Assembly: GCA_028690365.1 (NCBI GenBank)
Contig: JAQVBK010000025.1
Location: 1 to 21,352, forward strand
Source: Candidatus Cloacimonadota bacterium
Lineage (GTDB): Bacteria; Cloacimonadota; Cloacimonadia; Cloacimonadales; JAQVBK01
Direction: 5' to 3'
Length of the DNA stretch: 21,352 nt
Shown: positions 1 to 9,400 of the stretch, piece by piece
How positions within the stretch are numbered: the first letter of the stretch is position 1
Layout: every line of letters begins with the position of its first letter
Program-made: the position numbers and the translations under genes
The notes under the pieces: model-generated
The model's input: the letters and a program-made list of their open reading frames with translations, nothing else
Told to the model about the DNA's origin: nothing
Databases searched by the model: none

Positions 1-123
1 ATCAGGGTAAGTTACTGAAATCGATTCTACAGCCTCTGGCACTGTAGAAGAGTTACTTTTACTACAACTGACAATCACCAATAAAATCGTCAATATTGAA
101 AAAAGTATCACTGTCCTTCTCAT
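1..123 (-). CDS. Partial CDS: N-terminus of a lipoprotein, running off the left edge of the window
   Basis: The minus-strand reading starts ATG (complement of 121-123) and gives MRRTVILFSILTILLVIVSCSKSNSSTVPEAVESISVTYPD, a signal peptide with an LVIVSC lipobox. AGGAG (complement of 129-133) lies 5 nt upstream of the ATG. It is absent from the ORF track because it is truncated by the window edge. Confidence 0.5.
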   Translation of the reverse strand, partial: MRRTVILFSILTILLVIVSCSKSNSSTVPEAVESISVTYPD

Positions 124-146
124 TATTTCTCCTAAGGTTTATTAAA

Positions 147-170
147 ATAAAAAAGCCGGATTAACCGGCT
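147..170 (-). terminator. Rho-independent terminator hairpin just downstream of CDS 188-1156
   Basis: AGCCGG-attaa-CCGGCT stem-loop (154-170) preceded on the plus strand by an A7 run (148-154). On the minus strand this reads as a hairpin followed by TTTTTTT. Confidence 0.5.
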
Positions 171-187
171 CTTTATAGTCAATCTTT

Positions 188-1156
188 CTAAACAAATGAC
201 AAGAATCCATCAAGTTCTACTATTTCGCCATTATCCAGTCTGATATATATCTTCTGAGCTTCTTCACCAAATTCGTCTATATAGATTTCACCAGCTATAA
301 TATCACCAGCTTTCTCGCCATCCATATAGAAATTACCAATATCTGTATTCTCAGCAGGTTCTTCGTCAAAATTTTCCAATTCAAAAGCAATATTACTAAA
401 TTCAATTTTAGCATAAGTAATAACAGGTTCCCAATTTTCTTCACCCCATTCCTCATCATAAACCAACATTAATTCCATGTTTAACGTAATCTTGTAGACA
501 AGTGCATTCCCTTCTTTAATTTCAAAAATAAAATTATCATCAGTCATAGTGAGGGCAAGAGTATAAGGATTCATAAAACCATTCATTGTCATGCTGATCA
601 TATCATCTTCATTCCATTCAGCTTCAACTTCAAGATTCATTTCCTTTACTTCATTTACATAAAGCTCCATTGCAAAGTTGGTAAGGTTTTCAAATTCATC
701 AGTCTGCATTTCCAAAATGTCGAAATAACAAGCAACTGGTTCACCAGTTTCCAAATCCACATAATCAGTCAGAATTCTGATACGATCTGTGGGAGTATCG
801 AGAGTTCTCACCCATTCGTCGATATCATCATATTCCCATGTACCAACCCACTCTTCCCAGATAAAATCTTCTCTGAGATTTCTGTTTAACTGAAATGCGG
901 TAACTAATTCGGTAGGGAAATCTACAATGTCTTTAATCTCAATACCAACTCCACCCATAAGTGGAAAAGTCATAATGTTACTGTACATTAAAACCTGTGC
1001 TGATGGTGTAGACATAACTTCCATGGTTTCATTCATCATGTTGTTCATTTGACCTTGAACTACTTGTGCCTGTGATGCAGATGATGACTTGCTGCAACCA
1101 AAAAACATACTGCTGATCAAGACAAGTGTAACTAAAATAATCGCTGTTCTTTTCAT
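188..1156 (-). CDS. Highly acidic secreted lipoprotein of unknown function
   Basis: 322-aa ORF. N-terminus MKRTAIILVTLVLISSMFFGCSKS is a signal peptide with a lipobox Cys. Very rich in D, E and W. AGGAG is spaced 6 nt before the ATG (complement of 1163-1167). No family recognised. Confidence 0.8.
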   Translation of the reverse strand: MKRTAIILVTLVLISSMFFGCSKSSSASQAQVVQGQMNNMMNETMEVMSTPSAQVLMYSNIMTFPLMGGVGIEIKDIVDFPTELVTAFQLNRNLREDFIWEEWVGTWEYDDIDEWVRTLDTPTDRIRILTDYVDLETGEPVACYFDILEMQTDEFENLTNFAMELYVNEVKEMNLEVEAEWNEDDMISMTMNGFMNPYTLALTMTDDNFIFEIKEGNALVYKITLNMELMLVYDEEWGEENWEPVITYAKIEFSNIAFELENFDEEPAENTDIGNFYMDGEKAGDIIAGEIYIDEFGEEAQKIYIRLDNGEIVELDGFLSFV

Positions 1157-1180
1157 TTTTTACTCCTTTTTTTTGTTTTT

Positions 1181-2059
1181 TTAATAAAAGAACCTTTCAA
1201 ACCAGCGTTCGAAAACAGCCGGTGGAATCTCGTATTCATCATTATCGTTGTATCTGATTATAAAGTTCCAATCAGAAGCATTTCCCTCAAAAATGATCTT
1301 ACCAATTTGCTTGTTCTGAAAATTGATAAAACCCACTTCTTCACCATTGTAATAATTAGCTATTCCCGGTTGATTTATCCCTGTAGGAAGTTTAATATTG
1401 CTGAATATAAACTCCATTTCCTGATAGAAGGCAGTAATCTGTTCGGGAAGAGAACTGCTACTTAAAATATTTCCCAGCACTTCTATTCTGACGGCGGAAG
1501 CCTCATCACTATTATCCGCAATTTCGAAAATAAAATTCTGCAGATTGTAAGTGAATGAAAAATTATAATCGGCAAAAAAACCTGTCCCTGTGGTATTTTG
1601 AGGCGTTTCATTAGCAGACAGCTCAATAGATTCATTCTGAATAATACTGCCATTGATGAAAAACCTTACTCTGAGAGTTTGTATATTTTCTTGAGATGAA
1701 TAATTATCAAAAATAAGTTTCCCCTGTTTTTCTCCATTGTAGCTATAAATGAAGTCGGCGATTATGCTGTCTGCCGGAGAATCAGAGACTTTATTCCATT
1801 GAAGACTGTCTGTTTGAAATATGTAAGTTCCACAGTAGTCATAAAAGGAGTTGCGCGTTTGTTGATTGAGATAGGGGAAGCTGAAAACAATATCTTTACT
1901 ACTCAGAAAAGCCTGAGTTTGTTGATGTTGAAAGAGATTTTCCGAGTCAGTTTTTAACTCCAGTACCTGATTGACAAAATCAACTCGTTCTTTTGTCTCA
2001 GAACAGGATGTAATTACAAAAACAAGTGATACAACGAGTGATACCATTAAAAATCTCAT
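1181..2059 (-). CDS. Secreted lipoprotein of unknown function
   Basis: 292-aa ORF. N-terminus MRFLMVSLVVSLVFVITSCSE is a signal peptide with a lipobox. A GGAGGG RBS lies upstream (complement around 2068-2076). Its stop is 24 nt from the next lipoprotein start. The C-terminal half shows weak similarity to the C-terminus of the 188-1156 product (NYYNGEEVGFINF versus NFYMDGEKAGDII). Confidence 0.8.
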   Translation of the reverse strand: MRFLMVSLVVSLVFVITSCSETKERVDFVNQVLELKTDSENLFQHQQTQAFLSSKDIVFSFPYLNQQTRNSFYDYCGTYIFQTDSLQWNKVSDSPADSIIADFIYSYNGEKQGKLIFDNYSSQENIQTLRVRFFINGSIIQNESIELSANETPQNTTGTGFFADYNFSFTYNLQNFIFEIADNSDEASAVRIEVLGNILSSSSLPEQITAFYQEMEFIFSNIKLPTGINQPGIANYYNGEEVGFINFQNKQIGKIIFEGNASDWNFIIRYNDNDEYEIPPAVFERWFERFFY

Positions 2060-2165
2060 CTTCCCTCCCTCTAACTCTGGTTTTCTAATGAATCATTACA
2101 AAAATATTTTAACCGTTCAAAAGTCAAGTTCTATATAAAATACCTTTATTTCATACACAATAATT

Positions 2166-3395
2166 TCAATCTATCCAGTCCGTAGACTCTTTAATTCCTC
2201 TTTCCTCATTGACTCTGCTAATCAGAATTAACCCTGCAACTAAAAACACTGCTATTGAAAGAATTGCCACTCTGTGTGAAGATGTAATATATCTAATCAG
2301 ACCATAAACGACTGGACCTATTATAGCTGCTAATTTCCCCGAAAATGCATAGAATCCAAAAAATTCTGTTTTCTTGGATTCAGGTGTTAAAAGAGCCAGC
2401 ATTGTTCTGCTGCAGGATTGACTTGATCCCATAGCTATTCCTGCCAATATCCCTACTCCATAAAACTCAGTTTCATTGCGACAGATAAAAGCCCAGATTA
2501 CTACAGCAAGCCAGATATAGAGGGTTATAGAAATGGTTTTTTTAGTTCCAATTTTGTCTGCAAGATTGCCAAAGTATAAAGAACCAATCATAGAACTAAA
2601 CTGCATAATTATGAAATAAACCAACAAATCCTTGGCAGACATACCAAATTCGCTGGCGCCGAAAATTGCCCCGAAAGAAATTATTGTCACAATTGCGTCA
2701 TTATACACAAAGTAACTAAGAATAAACTTTTTAAGCTCGTTTATCTTTCTGATATTTAGATATGAATACTTAATCCTTTTGTAAGCAGTCTTGAAGTAGT
2801 TAGTTCTTTGTGATTCTTTCTTTATCTCCTTAACCCAGAAAAATGTAAAGATAGAAAAAACTGCAAAAAAGAGTGCTACCGAAGGAAAAATCCATCTGAC
2901 TGCATTGTGTACAAGAGGCAAAGAAATAAGTAGAGATAATAGTCCACCTGCATAACCTATCGCCCAACCCCAACCTGATACTTTACCTAGATTCTCCCTG
3001 TTTGTAATCTCAGGCAAAAATGCATTATAAAAGACATTAGCACTGTTAAATGCAAAATTTGCAACTATGAAAAGAAACATCCCCCTGACAATATCCCCGT
3101 ATTGAACAAAATAGAGCAGTGAGGTAAAAATTATTGTGAGGTATGTATTGATAAACAGGAATTTCTTTTTTGATCTGGAATAATCAGCAACTGCCCCAAA
3201 TACGGGAGCGGTCAAAGCAACCAGCAACATTGATAAACTGATTGCCAGACTCCACAACATTGTACCATCTGCAAGCTTACCAACAACTATATCTTTGAAA
3301 TAAACACTGTAAACTACTGTAACGATGATAGTTGTAAATGATGAATTAGCAAAATCATACATCATCCAGCCAAAGATTCTCTTATCTATTTTCAT
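2166..3395 (-). CDS. MFS transporter, UMF1 family (Atg22-like) permease
   Basis: 409-aa polytopic membrane protein. The N-terminal motif IFGWMMYDFANSSF matches the characteristic W-x-x-YDWANSAF signature of UMF1-family major facilitators. Hydrophobic throughout, with about 12 predicted TM segments. Confidence 0.75.
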   Translation of the reverse strand: MKIDKRIFGWMMYDFANSSFTTIIVTVVYSVYFKDIVVGKLADGTMLWSLAISLSMLLVALTAPVFGAVADYSRSKKKFLFINTYLTIIFTSLLYFVQYGDIVRGMFLFIVANFAFNSANVFYNAFLPEITNRENLGKVSGWGWAIGYAGGLLSLLISLPLVHNAVRWIFPSVALFFAVFSIFTFFWVKEIKKESQRTNYFKTAYKRIKYSYLNIRKINELKKFILSYFVYNDAIVTIISFGAIFGASEFGMSAKDLLVYFIIMQFSSMIGSLYFGNLADKIGTKKTISITLYIWLAVVIWAFICRNETEFYGVGILAGIAMGSSQSCSRTMLALLTPESKKTEFFGFYAFSGKLAAIIGPVVYGLIRYITSSHRVAILSIAVFLVAGLILISRVNEERGIKESTDWID

Positions 3396-4468
3396 ACTAT
3401 CTCTTTTTTTATCTCGATTGTCTCCAGATCAAGATAATTTGGTATAGACGCGTTTGGAGTTGCAATCAGGATTTGGTGCTCTCCGGTTAACATTTTGAAG
3501 ATCTCTGTTGATCTTTCGACATCTAAATCTGAGAAAACATCATCAAACAATAACACTGGGAAACATAAATTTTCATCTTTTAGCAAACTAGATTGAGCTA
3601 ACTTCATGGAAATTGCAATTGATCTTTGTTGTCCGTGTGAAGCAAAATTCCTGGCTGATTTGTTATCAAGTAATAAATCGATATCGTCGAGATGAGGTCC
3701 TATAAGAGTTCTCTGGTATCTCTTCTCTCTCTCTTCAATAGTTCTCAGGTGTTTAAATAGTTTGGAACAGAAATTTTCTTTGGTTTGATCTATTTTCAAA
3801 TGTGATATATATTTCATTGAGAACTGTTCTCTGCTATCTGAAATTTTGCAATATATGTCGATGATGTGTTTCTGAAGCTTCTCCAGGTATTTTAATCTAC
3901 AATTGATTATTTCGTAACATGCCTTTGCAAATTCAAAATCCCATGCCTCTTTTGTATCTTTGTCAAATTCATCTTTCAGCAATGCATTTCTTTGTTTTAG
4001 AATCTGGAAATACCGTTTTAGATGGACAAGATACTCTGCGTTGTACTGAGAAACAGATAAGTCTAAAAAGCTTCTTCTGTAAACCGGTGAGCCTTCTACC
4101 ATCAAAATGTCATCAGGTGAGAAATAAATCACTTTCAGAAAATTGTATAATTCGCTGATTTTCTTTATAATTATTCCATCAATTTTAAATTGCTTCCGAA
4201 AATCTGTGAAAGCTGAGAAAAAATCATGCTCAGTATCTTTTATGATACAAGAACATCTTATATTGAAATATGTTTCTCCAAATTTAATCAGATCTGCATC
4301 ATTAGAATTGCGGAATGATTTTCCCACAGCAAAATAACATATTGACTCCAAAAGATTTGTCTTACCTACTCCATTTGGTCCGTAAATTATTGCTCCACTT
4401 CTGCTGAAAACAAAACTCGTATCTGCAAAATTTCTATAATTGTGCAACTTAAGTTCTGTAATAATCAC
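3392..4468 (-). CDS. recF: DNA replication and repair protein RecF
   Basis: 358 aa. N-terminus MIITELKLHNYRNF...GPNGVGKTNLLESICYF..GKSFR carries the RecF Walker A and signature. The C-terminus has VLLFDDVFSDLD (RecF Walker B, LLLDDVxSELD). Immediately downstream of dnaN in canonical order. Its stop overlaps the MFS start as ATGA (3392-3395). Confidence 0.92.
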   Translation of the reverse strand: MIITELKLHNYRNFADTSFVFSRSGAIIYGPNGVGKTNLLESICYFAVGKSFRNSNDADLIKFGETYFNIRCSCIIKDTEHDFFSAFTDFRKQFKIDGIIIKKISELYNFLKVIYFSPDDILMVEGSPVYRRSFLDLSVSQYNAEYLVHLKRYFQILKQRNALLKDEFDKDTKEAWDFEFAKACYEIINCRLKYLEKLQKHIIDIYCKISDSREQFSMKYISHLKIDQTKENFCSKLFKHLRTIEEREKRYQRTLIGPHLDDIDLLLDNKSARNFASHGQQRSIAISMKLAQSSLLKDENLCFPVLLFDDVFSDLDVERSTEIFKMLTGEHQILIATPNASIPNYLDLETIEIKKEIV

Positions 4469-4494
4469 AGCAGTTTCTCTGAGATTCTTACTGA

Positions 4495-5613
4495 TTAGGA
4501 GACAGACAAAGGCATCAGGACAAATCTGGATTTGTATTGAGTTACATCTTCGCTATTCTCTAAAATAACTGCTGACTTACCTGTCCCAGGATAAACAAGA
4601 ATTTCATCTGATTCCAAGACAGCAAGAACTGAAAGTATAAAACGATGATTTAAGGCTAATTGAACTGGTTCACCACTATAGTTGAAGGTTTTCAAAACTT
4701 CTTTTCCATCTCCCATTTCCCTGTTCATTGAAATTATAGTAATCTGTGAATTGTCAATTTCCATTTTTATCCTTGGGATATCATCATTCAGTAGGAGTGA
4801 AACTCTCTTAACTGCATTTAGCAAATCCTGCCGATTTATTCTCAGGACATTCTCATTTACTAACTGAAATGCCTTGTCATATCTTGGATATCTGTTTCCG
4901 ATAGAATTGGCAATTACTACATAATCTTTATAGAAGAACACAGCTTTATTGTTTATCAATTTTACTTTTATGGTGTTTTCTGATTCATTAATAATTTTAG
5001 ATACAAACAGGAACGCTTTCGGGAAAAGTATTATTTCAAACTCTTCTTCAAGTTGAATGCCTTTCTCAATTTTCGTCTCAGATATCCTTTTTCCATCAGA
5101 TGAAGCCATAAGTTGAAACTCGGGTGTAATTCTCCACACTATTCCTCTGAAAACCGGACGATTAGATTCCTGTGCTACAGAAAAATGAGTATTCTTTACC
5201 ATTCTTTGGAAAATTTGTGCATCAATATCAATAGTATCCAAATCCATATTTGAGGGAGTAATCGGGAAAAGATGTTCTTCTGCTGATTTTATATTGAATC
5301 TTACCTCTCCACAATGAATTGATATCACCTCTTCAATTTCTTCGACTGTAATTACGCCATCTGGCATTGCATTCACGATTTCATTAAATTCTTTTGCCGG
5401 AACAAGAGTAATCCCGCTTTCAAAAACATTTGCACTAAAGCTTTCTATAACTGTCAGTTCCAAATCGGTAACAGTAATTACTATTCTATTTTCGGCTTCA
5501 TCAGCTTCAACTCTGTAATTAGTCAGAATTGGCATTGTGTTTTTAGTTGGGACTACTAAAGACAGAAGTTGAATTCTCTGTATTATGTCACTTTTTTCTA
5601 TTCTGAATCTCAT
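4495..5613 (-). CDS. dnaN: DNA polymerase III beta subunit (sliding clamp)
   Basis: 372 aa. N-terminus MRFRIEKSDIIQRIQLLSLVVPTKNTMPILTNYRVEA matches the DnaN consensus (MKFxIxRxxLxxxLxxVxxVVxxRxTxPILSN). Adjacent to recF. Confidence 0.92.
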   Translation of the reverse strand: MRFRIEKSDIIQRIQLLSLVVPTKNTMPILTNYRVEADEAENRIVITVTDLELTVIESFSANVFESGITLVPAKEFNEIVNAMPDGVITVEEIEEVISIHCGEVRFNIKSAEEHLFPITPSNMDLDTIDIDAQIFQRMVKNTHFSVAQESNRPVFRGIVWRITPEFQLMASSDGKRISETKIEKGIQLEEEFEIILFPKAFLFVSKIINESENTIKVKLINNKAVFFYKDYVVIANSIGNRYPRYDKAFQLVNENVLRINRQDLLNAVKRVSLLLNDDIPRIKMEIDNSQITIISMNREMGDGKEVLKTFNYSGEPVQLALNHRFILSVLAVLESDEILVYPGTGKSAVILENSEDVTQYKSRFVLMPLSVS

Positions 5614-5721
5614 TTATACCTCTCTATTTTTTTCTTTAAAATTTGTGTATTATAAAAAGACTTGAAGGGAGTATTGGCAAGTCTGATGCAGAGTAGCTAA
5701 TATCTCTGTTAGGTAAAGAAT

Positions 5722-5752
5722 AAAAAAGCAAGAGAAAAATCTCTTGCTTTTT
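5722..5752. terminator. Bidirectional rho-independent terminator between hup and dnaN
   Basis: AAGCAAGAG-aaaaat-CTCTTGCTT perfect 9-bp hairpin (5726-5749) flanked by A5 (5722-5726) and T5 (5748-5752). It lies 16 nt downstream of the hup stop on the minus strand. Confidence 0.55.
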
Positions 5753-5767
5753 GGGGAATTGAAATAA

Positions 5768-6040
5768 CTACTTAACAGCGTCTTTGAGCTTTTTACCTGC
5801 TTTGAATACAGGAACTTTTCTTGCCGGAATAGTAAGTTTTTGTTTAGTTTGAGGATTTACACCCTGTCTTGCTTTTCTCTCACTAACCTGGAAAGTTCCG
5901 AAGCCAACTAAAGTTACCTTGTCGCCTTTTTCCAAAGCTCCCATAATTCCTTCGATAACAGCGTTCAAAGCCTGAGTTGCAGATTTCTTAGAAATTTCTG
6001 CATTCTCTGCAATCTTAGTAATCAATTCTTCTCTACTCAT
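5768..6040 (-). CDS. hup: HU family histone-like DNA-binding protein
   Basis: The product MSREELITKIAENAEISKKSATQALNAVIEGIMGALEKGDKVTLVGFGTFQVSERKARQGVNPQTKQKLTIPARKVPVFKAGKKLKDAVK has the classic HU/IHF fold motifs (GFGTF, R-x-G-RNP). I chose the ATG at 6040 rather than the ORF-track start at 6052, because GGAGG sits 5 nt upstream of it and the longer ORF would begin inside that RBS. Confidence 0.85.
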   Translation of the reverse strand: MSREELITKIAENAEISKKSATQALNAVIEGIMGALEKGDKVTLVGFGTFQVSERKARQGVNPQTKQKLTIPARKVPVFKAGKKLKDAVK

Positions 6041-6066
6041 ATTTTCCTCCAATACTTTATGGGTTT

Positions 6067-6095
6067 TTTAAAAACATTTGTCATTTTTTTGTCAA
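6067..6095 (-). promoter_or_regulatory. Candidate sigma70-like promoter for hup
   Basis: On the minus strand: TTGACA (complement of 6090-6095), a 17-nt spacer, then TTTAAA (6067-6072), then about 25 nt to the RBS. Sequence-pattern match only. An imperfect inverted repeat CAACCAAAAAAACG/CGTTTTTTTGTTG (6093-6116) abuts the -35. Confidence 0.3.
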
Positions 6096-6480
6096 CCAAA
6101 AAAACGTTTTTTTGTTGATTTAACAAGGCTTTAGTAAATATATTCCAGTCTTTTTTAAGATTTTTGTTAACAGAAATAATCACCATATAATATTTATCCT
6201 ATTGATACACTTCATTTTACAGTACTTTTCTCTTTTAAATTCTTTGCTTCGTTTTATTATGATAATTATTAAAAAAAATCTCTAACCTATAGGTATTGCA
6301 GATTTAAGTATCATAATTTCAAATCAATCTATTCTTCAAAAAAATAAGTTTCGAGAATTCAACTTGTCTTCCGAAATCTTTAACATAAAAAAATTGTTAT
6401 GCCAGCAGGACATTTTAACTTGACTGACTATCTTCAAAATTTGTTTTAAGCAGTTAAAATTAAAAACAATGGAGTCAATC

Positions 6481-9400
6481 ATGTACAAGTATGTTACACT
6501 AATCATGCTCATTTTTTTCAGCTCATCTTTTGCTATTAATTTTGAAATTGTGAATAGCAATGAGAATAATCTCAATCTATCCTTAAACACAAATTCCTAC
6601 GAAATAATGCCTGTTCGATTAAATGAAACAGAATATGATCAAATATTGTTCAGAGGAAGTTCTTCATTAGAACCTGGTTCACCAGATCTGCCAGCTTTCG
6701 CTGTATGGATTGCAATCCCAAACGATAAAAAACCTAGTGTTTCATTCAGCTACACTTCTGTTGAAACTATTGACAACTTAAAGATTTCTCCACGACAGCA
6801 TCCTTCACCTGACGCTATTGGTTCAAAAGAGCCTGAATTTTATCTGAACAAAGACATATACTCTGAAAACACTTACTATCCAGGGAAGAAGTACAAATTA
6901 GAAAGAACCGCAGGTATGCGAGACTATCAGATGGCAATTCTTTGGGTATTTCCATTTCAGTATAATCCAGTAACCCGGCAATTGGACATTTATCACGATG
7001 TTACAGTACAGGTAAACTTTTTGGGAACAACATCTCCTATCAGTTTGAGTCGCAAAAGTGTAGAATTTGAGGCTCTCCTAAAATCAACTGCCATCAATGG
7101 TAAGGAGATCGCAGACACTCAAGCAGAAATACGATATCTCAGTGAAAAAAATCGTCATCGAGATCCAGGCTGTGATTATCTGATTATTACTCATTCGTCA
7201 TTTCTCAATTCTGCCCAAACGCTTTCTGACTGGAAAAAGCAATTAGGCTTTGAAACAATGATTGCAACCACTGAAGAAACTGGAAGCAGTTCGCAGGAAA
7301 TCGAAAACTACATTGATTATGCGTATTATAACTGGAACAATGTACCTGATTATCTACTTTTTTTGGGAGACGCTGAATTTGTGCCAACCAAATATGTTAA
7401 TTATCATCCCTACAATGAAGGCATGACAGGTTCAGATCTTCATTATGCAGACATAAACAATCCACCTGACTACATTGCAGACTTTCTTTACGGCAGAATT
7501 TCAGTTGAAACAGAAGCGCAGGCAGACAGCGTTATTGCTAGAATCATCAGGTATGAAATGAATCCACCTCAGCAAGCATCATTTTATCAAACTCCACTTA
7601 TGGCTGCAGCATTTCAGGATGGTTCAGAAGATTACCCTCCTGATCAGATAGCAGATAGAAGATTTTCCAAAACCAGTGAAGACTTAAGAAACTATCTTTT
7701 ACTTCAGGGATACAATCCGGAAAGAGTATATGCAACTTACAATGGGTACAACAATGAAGAAATTTTTCCCACTTACTGGAACGAACAAAACTGGGCAGTT
7801 TTCGAAAATGACATTCCAATGGAAATGATTCCTGACGAAATACAAAAACCTCTCTTTCCCTGGGATGGTAACTCCTTTCACCTTGACAATGCTTTAAACA
7901 ATGGAAGATTTTTTTTGCTTCACCGTGATCATGGCAGCCGGCACGGATGGGGAGAGCCTGACTTTGATTCAGATAATGTCTTCAATCTTAATAATGGTGA
8001 ACTAAGACCAATAGTGTGGTCAATCAACTGCCAGACCGGGTGGTTCGATAATGAAACAGATTCTCCTTCGAATAACACAGATATGTCATCAGAATGTTTC
8101 GTTGAAAGCTGGTTCAGACATAACTCCGGTGGAAGTATAGGTGTTTTTGGTTCAACGAGAGTTAGCTATTCCGGTCATAATGACAGACTGGTCTGGGGTT
8201 GGTCAAATGCTATATGGAATGGATTCCTTGCATGGTGCAATGTTCAATATCCACCTTCAGAAACAATTCTTACTCTTGGCAATGTTATGAATTACGGTAA
8301 ACTCTATTATATGACTTATTTCCCTGACGATATAACCCGAACTACAACAATGGAGCAATTTCAATATTTTGGTGATCCTTCTATGAAAATAAGAACTTCC
8401 GTTCCTCTTCAAATTACTGCAGAACATCAAGAAAACATCAGCATGGGAGAAGCCAGCATGCTGGTCATGACAAATGTGTCAGATGGTACAGCAAGTCTGA
8501 CATTTGATAATGAAATTTTAGCAGTTCAGGATATCAACAGCGGAATAGCTGTCCTTCATTTCCCACCTATCTCCCAGTTAGGTGAACTTTTACTAACCAT
8601 TACTGCCGATAACTCTGTTCCTTATATAGCCTCAATCGAACTCACAGCATCTCAGGGACCTTATGTAATTCTGAATGATGTTGAATTTACCGATGACAAC
8701 GACAACAATCAGATTGATTATAATGAAGAAATTTTGTTCAATGTTGAATTGAAAAATTTCGGAAGTCAAACAGCTGAAAACATAACAGCAGAACTGTCAT
8801 CAGACAATAATTTTGTAACAATTATTGAAAATGTTAACAATTGGGACAATATACTTCCTGGTGAAACTCTTCTTTTACAAAATGCCTTCCAAGTTTATAT
8901 TTCTCCCTTTATTCCCGATCAACAGGAAATCATTTTCAATTTAAACATCTCGGATAACAATGATAACTGGCAATCTAACTTTTCCTACATAGCCAATGCA
9001 CCTGATCTCAAAATTACTCAATCTGCTTTTCTTGATTTCTCTTCCGGAAATGGAAATGGAATTCCTGACAGCGGAGAAATTTTGGATATTATAATAACAG
9101 TCTATAATGATGGGAATAGTGATATCTCAGAAATCAACAGCACGTTATCAAGCAACAATGATTTCGTTTTAATCGAAAATCCAAATTTATACATTAATCA
9201 GATCCCTGCTCATCAACCCACTCAGCTGATTTATAGTTTGGAAATCAGTCAATCCGCAGCTTACGATCAAGATTTTGTCCTCAGTCTAAACCTTACTTCA
9301 GACTCTCTTAACTACATTTTTGACAGATCTTCAGTAATTGGAAATCTACGTGAAAGCTTTGAATCTGACAGTTTTATTTCTTGTCAATGGGAACACTCAG

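Noticed and set aside
3919-4867. Plus-strand ORFs 3919-4158, 4143-4337 and 4682-4867 from the ORF track
   Set aside because: They are short (61-79 aa), lie entirely antisense inside recF and dnaN, have no RBS and low-complexity translations. Spurious.
6041-6468. Possible oriC with DnaA boxes in the hup-peptidase intergenic region
   Set aside because: Only one 7/9 match to TTATCCACA was found by eye (near 6193), with no box cluster or DNA-unwinding-element pattern. The AT-richness is typical of this genome's intergenic regions.
6336-6590. Minus-strand 84-aa ORF overlapping the start of the C25 peptidase gene
   Set aside because: It overlaps the well-supported signal-peptide region of the peptidase gene and the AT-rich promoter region, and has no RBS. 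A chance ORF in AT-rich DNA.
7205-7881. Minus-strand ORFs 7205-7387, 7598-7819 and 7699-7881, and plus-strand ORF 10910-11134, inside the peptidase gene
   Set aside because: Short antisense or out-of-frame ORFs embedded in a long gene with clear domain content. No independent support.
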